From Candidatus Eiseniibacteriota bacterium (GTDB lineage: Bacteria > Eisenbacteria > RBG-16-71-46): a DNA stretch of 64,000 nucleotides. The notes beneath the pieces were generated by a model. It was not told the DNA's origin, did not search any database, and saw only the letters and a program-made list of their open reading frames with translations. Positions 60,420 through 64,000 of the stretch are shown here, piece by piece. Both the position numbers and the translations under genes were made by a program. The stretch's first letter is position 1. Each line of letters opens with the position of its first letter. Location of the stretch: positions 1,280,001 to 1,344,000 of the forward strand of contig OY970178.1 in the NCBI GenBank assembly GCA_963707915.1, read 5' to 3'.

Positions 60420-61109
60420 CTAGCCCGACGCCGGACCGGCGGCTTCTTCGCGCAGGAATTCCACGGCGCACTGGCGCAACTCGGCGGCGGTGCCCACGCC
60501 GAGCTTGAGGCGGATGTTCACGCGGTGGGCCTCGACCGTCTTCACGCTGAGCTTGAGTTGCTCCGCGATCTCCCGGCGTCCCCGGCCCTGGCCCAGCAGC
60601 CGGAAGATCTCCAGCTCCCGGTCCGTCAGGCACTCGACGGGCCCCGCCCGGCCGTCGGGCGCCCCTCCCGCCGTCCGTGCCAGCATCCGGTTGACGACCC
60701 GCGGCCCGACGATGATGTCGCCGTTCCGCACGCGCCGGATGGCCTGCATGAGCTCCTCGGTCGGCGCGCTCTTCATCACGTAGCCCCGCGCCCCGGCTCG
60801 CAGGGCCCGTTCCGCGTACAGCGACTCGTCGTGCATGGACAGCACCAGCACCCGCGCGTGCCGGTCGCGGGCCCTGATCTCCTTGATCAGCTCGAGGCCG
60901 TCGCGGCCCGGCAGCGAGATGTCCGTGACCACCACGTCGGGCTTCGCCCGGCCGATCGCCGGGATCGCCTCCGCGGCGCTGCCGGCCTGTCCGCACACGG
61001 TCAGGTCGGGCTCCTCCTCGATGCAATCGGCCACGCCCCGCCGCATCACCGGGTGATCGTCCACGAGGAAGACGCGGACCTGCTCCGGCCTGACGACCTT
61101 ATCGCCCAC
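60420..61109 (-). CDS. NarL/LuxR family response regulator
   Basis: VDDH, D-I-S-L-P, LSMH and GYVMK, then the HTH LTDRELEI..SVKTVEAH. Confidence 0.95.
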   Translation of the reverse strand: MGDKVVRPEQVRVFLVDDHPVMRRGVADCIEEEPDLTVCGQAGSAAEAIPAIGRAKPDVVVTDISLPGRDGLELIKEIRARDRHARVLVLSMHDESLYAERALRAGARGYVMKSAPTEELMQAIRRVRNGDIIVGPRVVNRMLARTAGGAPDGRAGPVECLTDRELEIFRLLGQGRGRREIAEQLKLSVKTVEAHRVNIRLKLGVGTAAELRQCAVEFLREEAAGPASG

Positions 61110-64000
61110 TCGTCCCCTCCGCGGAGATCCGCCAATCGCAGGTGACCACCGTGCCGCCTCCGCCGCGCGCCGCGACCGCCCAGGTCGCGTCGATCTCCGA
61201 TGCGCGGTACTTCATGATCCGCATCCCCAGCCCGGTCGACGGCTTCGGGTCGGCCGGCAGGCCCCGGCCGTCGTCCTCCACGCGCAGGCGCACCCCTCCG
61301 TCGGTCTCTTCGAGCGTGATGCCGATGTGCCGGGGGCGTCCGTGCCTCACGGCGTTGTTCACGGCCTCCTGGGCGATGCGGAACAGGTTGATCGCGACCC
61401 GCGGGTCGTGGACCAGGACCGGGAACTCGCAGGTGAAGGCGCAGGGGACCCGGAAGGACTTCGCCGCGCTGCCCGCGAGCTCGTGCAGCGCCGACATCAG
61501 GCCCTCGGCGTCCGGCCGCACCGGGTGCAGCCCACGGGCGATCTGCCTCACCTCGTCGAGCGCGTGGCGCAGCTCGCGCTCGAGCTGCGACGCCCGTGCC
61601 GCCTCCGGGGACTCGTCCTTCTCCAGCCGGCGCGCCAGGGCGCTGAGCTGGTAGACGGCCCCCCCGAGGCGCTGGCCGAGCCCGTCATGCAGGTCCTGGC
61701 CGATGCGCCGCTGTTCCCGCTCGCTGATCTCCAGGACCTGCCGTTCGAGCTCGTGCCGCTGTTGCGTCTCGGTCGTCAGGTGCCGATAGGCCCGCTCGAG
61801 CGCCTGTTGCGTCTGCTTGTGCGCGGTGATGTCTCGCGCCGTGCCGGCGATGCGGTAGACCCGTCCCGACGGGTCGCGCACCGGCGCCGCATGGTCCGAG
61901 ATCCAGCACGTCGCGCCGTCGGGACGGAGGATCCGGTACTCCGCCTCCATCGAGGCCACGATCGGCGGCTGGACCAGGAAGGCCGCCCGCACCCCCGGCC
62001 GGTCCTCCGGGTGGACGAGCTCGAACCACAGCCCGGGGTCGTCGTAGACCTCCTGCGGCCGGCGCCCCCAGATCGTCTCGAAGGCCGGGCTGACGTACAG
62101 CATCTGCCGCATGTCGGCGCTCGCCAGCCAGAAGACCTCCCGCACGTTCTCGGCCATCTGCCGGAACCGCTCCTCGCTCAGACGCAGCTCCGCGGTCCGC
62201 CCGGCCACGCGGTGCTCGAGCGTCTCGTTGAGCTGGCGCAACTCCTCCTCGGCCTGCTTGCGCTCGGTGATGTCGCGGCTGAGGCCGACCAGCGCCACGG
62301 GGCGGCCGGTCGCGTCGCGGACGACCTTTCGGCTGTCGCTGAACCAGCGGTACTCGCCGCTCTTGACCTTCCAGCGGTACTCGACGGCATTGCCCGACTC
62401 CTGTCCCGAGGACAACCGCCTCTGCTGGACGACCGACCGGTCGCGGTCGTCCGGGTGGACGCGCTCGAGGGCCTCCTCGGCCGACAGGTCGCCCATCTCC
62501 TCGGCGGTGAACCCCGTCAGCTCCAGCTGGGAGGGGCTCATGATGACGTAGCGCCCCGACTCCAGGTCCAGCAGGTTGATCCCGTCGCGCGAGTTCTCGA
62601 TCACCATGCGGAACCGCTCCTCGCTCCGCTGCAGCGCCTCCTCCGCCCGCTTGCGGTCGGTGAAGTCCTGCATGGCCGAGAGGATGAATTCGCTTCCGGC
62701 GATCTCGACGCGGTCCAGGTTGGCCAGGAGGACCCGCACGTCACCCGTCCGCGTGACCACCGACATCTCGAGGTTCCGCAGCGAGCCGCGCCGGCGGACC
62801 TCGTCCAGCGCGTGCTCCCGGGCCTCCGGATCGCGCTCGACGCCCAGTTCCGCGGTGGTCCGTCCCACCGCATCCTCCCGGCGGGCGAACCCGAGCAGTT
62901 CCAGCCAGGCCCGGTTCACGTCGTACAGCACGCCCCCGGGAAGGGTGATGAGCGCCGTGGCCAGCGGCGTCGAATGGAACATGGTCGAGAACTTCTCCTC
63001 GCTGGCGCGCAGCGCCTCCATGTCCCGTTGCCGGGCCATGGCAATCTGCACCTTCGCGTCCGCGTCCCGGGCGCGGGCCTGGGCATCGCGCATGGCCTCC
63101 GTGACGTACGAGATCATCGCGCCGCTCAGCGCGAAGACGGCCATGGCCAGCCAGTCCTCCAGTTGACCGACCTTGAGCTGCCCCGGCGGCGCGACCCAGA
63201 AGTAGTCCACCATCACGGCCGAGAGGGCCGTGGCCAGCAGGCCGGCCCGTCCGCCGCCGTAGAGCGCCGCCACGACCACCGCCGGGTAGAACACCACGTA
63301 CGGGGCGTGGGTCCCCAGCACCTGCAGGAACGCCATGCGCACGGCGCCCGCGGTGAGCACCGCCACGACCGCCACGGCCTCCCCGTAGAGCGACCGGCCC
63401 GGATCCTTCCCCGGCGGGAGGAGCGACAGGTGCGACTCGCGCAGCGCGGCCGCGGCGGCGAAGAGCAGGTACACGCCGCCGAGCCACTGCGACGCGCGGC
63501 TCAGCCAGTTCACCACGCTGCCGAGCGACAGCTGGATCATGATCCCGAACAACCCCACCGCCATGAGCATCAGGGCGGGCGCGTACCAGGACGTGAACGG
63601 GACACGCGGCGCGCGCGCGCCCGGCAACAGCAGGGCGGCGGAAAGCGCGAACGCGGAGACGGCCGAGCTGAGCACGCCGTAACGCACGGGCGTGCCGCCG
63701 GTGCCCTGGACGAAGAAGACCGGCAGCCGGTGCGCCAGCGTCGCCTGCGTCACCCACCAGAGGATGGCCAGGGTGACCGCGCAGCCCACCCCCAGCCACA
63801 GCGGTGTCGAGCGCAGCGGCCGTTGCGGCCGCAGGGTCACGGCGACGGCCGCCAGGTGGCAGAGCCCCGAGAGCAGGATGCAACTGTTGAAGATGGTGAC
63901 GTTGATGTTCGCGTCGCCGTGGGAGACGGCGTCTCCCACGGTGCCGGCCGCGCTCCACAGAAGCGCCCCGCACCCCAGCAGCAACAGCCCGGGCGCTCCC
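61099..64000 (-). CDS. Membrane PAS-domain sensor histidine kinase (HisKA_3); 5' end runs off the window
   Basis: Multi-TM N-terminus, three PAS/PAC domains, then ERE.RRIGQDLHDGLGQ, QEAVNNA, DDGRG and GLG. The frame stays open to the window edge. Confidence 0.93.
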   Translation of the reverse strand, partial: GAPGLLLLGCGALLWSAAGTVGDAVSHGDANINVTIFNSCILLSGLCHLAAVAVTLRPQRPLRSTPLWLGVGCAVTLAILWWVTQATLAHRLPVFFVQGTGGTPVRYGVLSSAVSAFALSAALLLPGARAPRVPFTSWYAPALMLMAVGLFGIMIQLSLGSVVNWLSRASQWLGGVYLLFAAAAALRESHLSLLPPGKDPGRSLYGEAVAVVAVLTAGAVRMAFLQVLGTHAPYVVFYPAVVVAALYGGGRAGLLATALSAVMVDYFWVAPPGQLKVGQLEDWLAMAVFALSGAMISYVTEAMRDAQARARDADAKVQIAMARQRDMEALRASEEKFSTMFHSTPLATALITLPGGVLYDVNRAWLELLGFARREDAVGRTTAELGVERDPEAREHALDEVRRRGSLRNLEMSVVTRTGDVRVLLANLDRVEIAGSEFILSAMQDFTDRKRAEEALQRSEERFRMVIENSRDGINLLDLESGRYVIMSPSQLELTGFTAEEMGDLSAEEALERVHPDDRDRSVVQQRRLSSGQESGNAVEYRWKVKSGEYRWFSDSRKVVRDATGRPVALVGLSRDITERKQAEEELRQLNETLEHRVAGRTAELRLSEERFRQMAENVREVFWLASADMRQMLYVSPAFETIWGRRPQEVYDDPGLWFELVHPEDRPGVRAAFLVQPPIVASMEAEYRILRPDGATCWISDHAAPVRDPSGRVYRIAGTARDITAHKQTQQALERAYRHLTTETQQRHELERQVLEISEREQRRIGQDLHDGLGQRLGGAVYQLSALARRLEKDESPEAARASQLERELRHALDEVRQIARGLHPVRPDAEGLMSALHELAGSAAKSFRVPCAFTCEFPVLVHDPRVAINLFRIAQEAVNNAVRHGRPRHIGITLEETDGGVRLRVEDDGRGLPADPKPSTGLGMRIMKYRASEIDATWAVAARGGGGTVVTCDWRISAEGTSGR

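Overview
A very GC-rich, gene-dense bacterial window from a diderm (it encodes Pal, TolC and AsmA). Secreted proteins with FlgD-Ig-like C-terminal tails suggest an FCB-associated lineage such as Ca. Eisenbacteria, which is inference only. From left to right it contains: a trehalose/osmoprotection locus (sugar porter, otsB, TetR, otsA, MscS-like TM protein, DUF5752, treT); pal; a ClC channel; a broken tRNA-Lys(CTT) next to inverted fragments of itself and phased 10-bp repeats; a TauE/RND/PII-like/DUF2892/peroxiredoxin/rhodanese sulfur-stress-type cluster with two decayed genes; a run of small envelope genes including a split PA2779/C39/TPR trio and an IS3 remnant; gnd-zwf-pgl; an NHL lipoprotein; a redox cluster (circularly permuted cupredoxin, XXH/FlgD-tail protein, cytochrome c lipoprotein, Cyc2-like heme-porin, YceI); a type III PKS-methyltransferase-ACP-FAAL-oxidoreductase cluster; an NCS1 transporter; a cold-shock gene; a yybP-ykoY Mn riboswitch ahead of a CaCA antiporter; a membrane PP2C phosphatase; tkt; tandem ECF sigma factors; and a PAS kinase/LuxR pair. 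The best leads are the permuted cupredoxin with its Cyc2-like neighbours and the tRNA-half element. I saw no CRISPR array, rRNA or intact tRNA. All family calls come from motif recognition by eye; no database searches were run.
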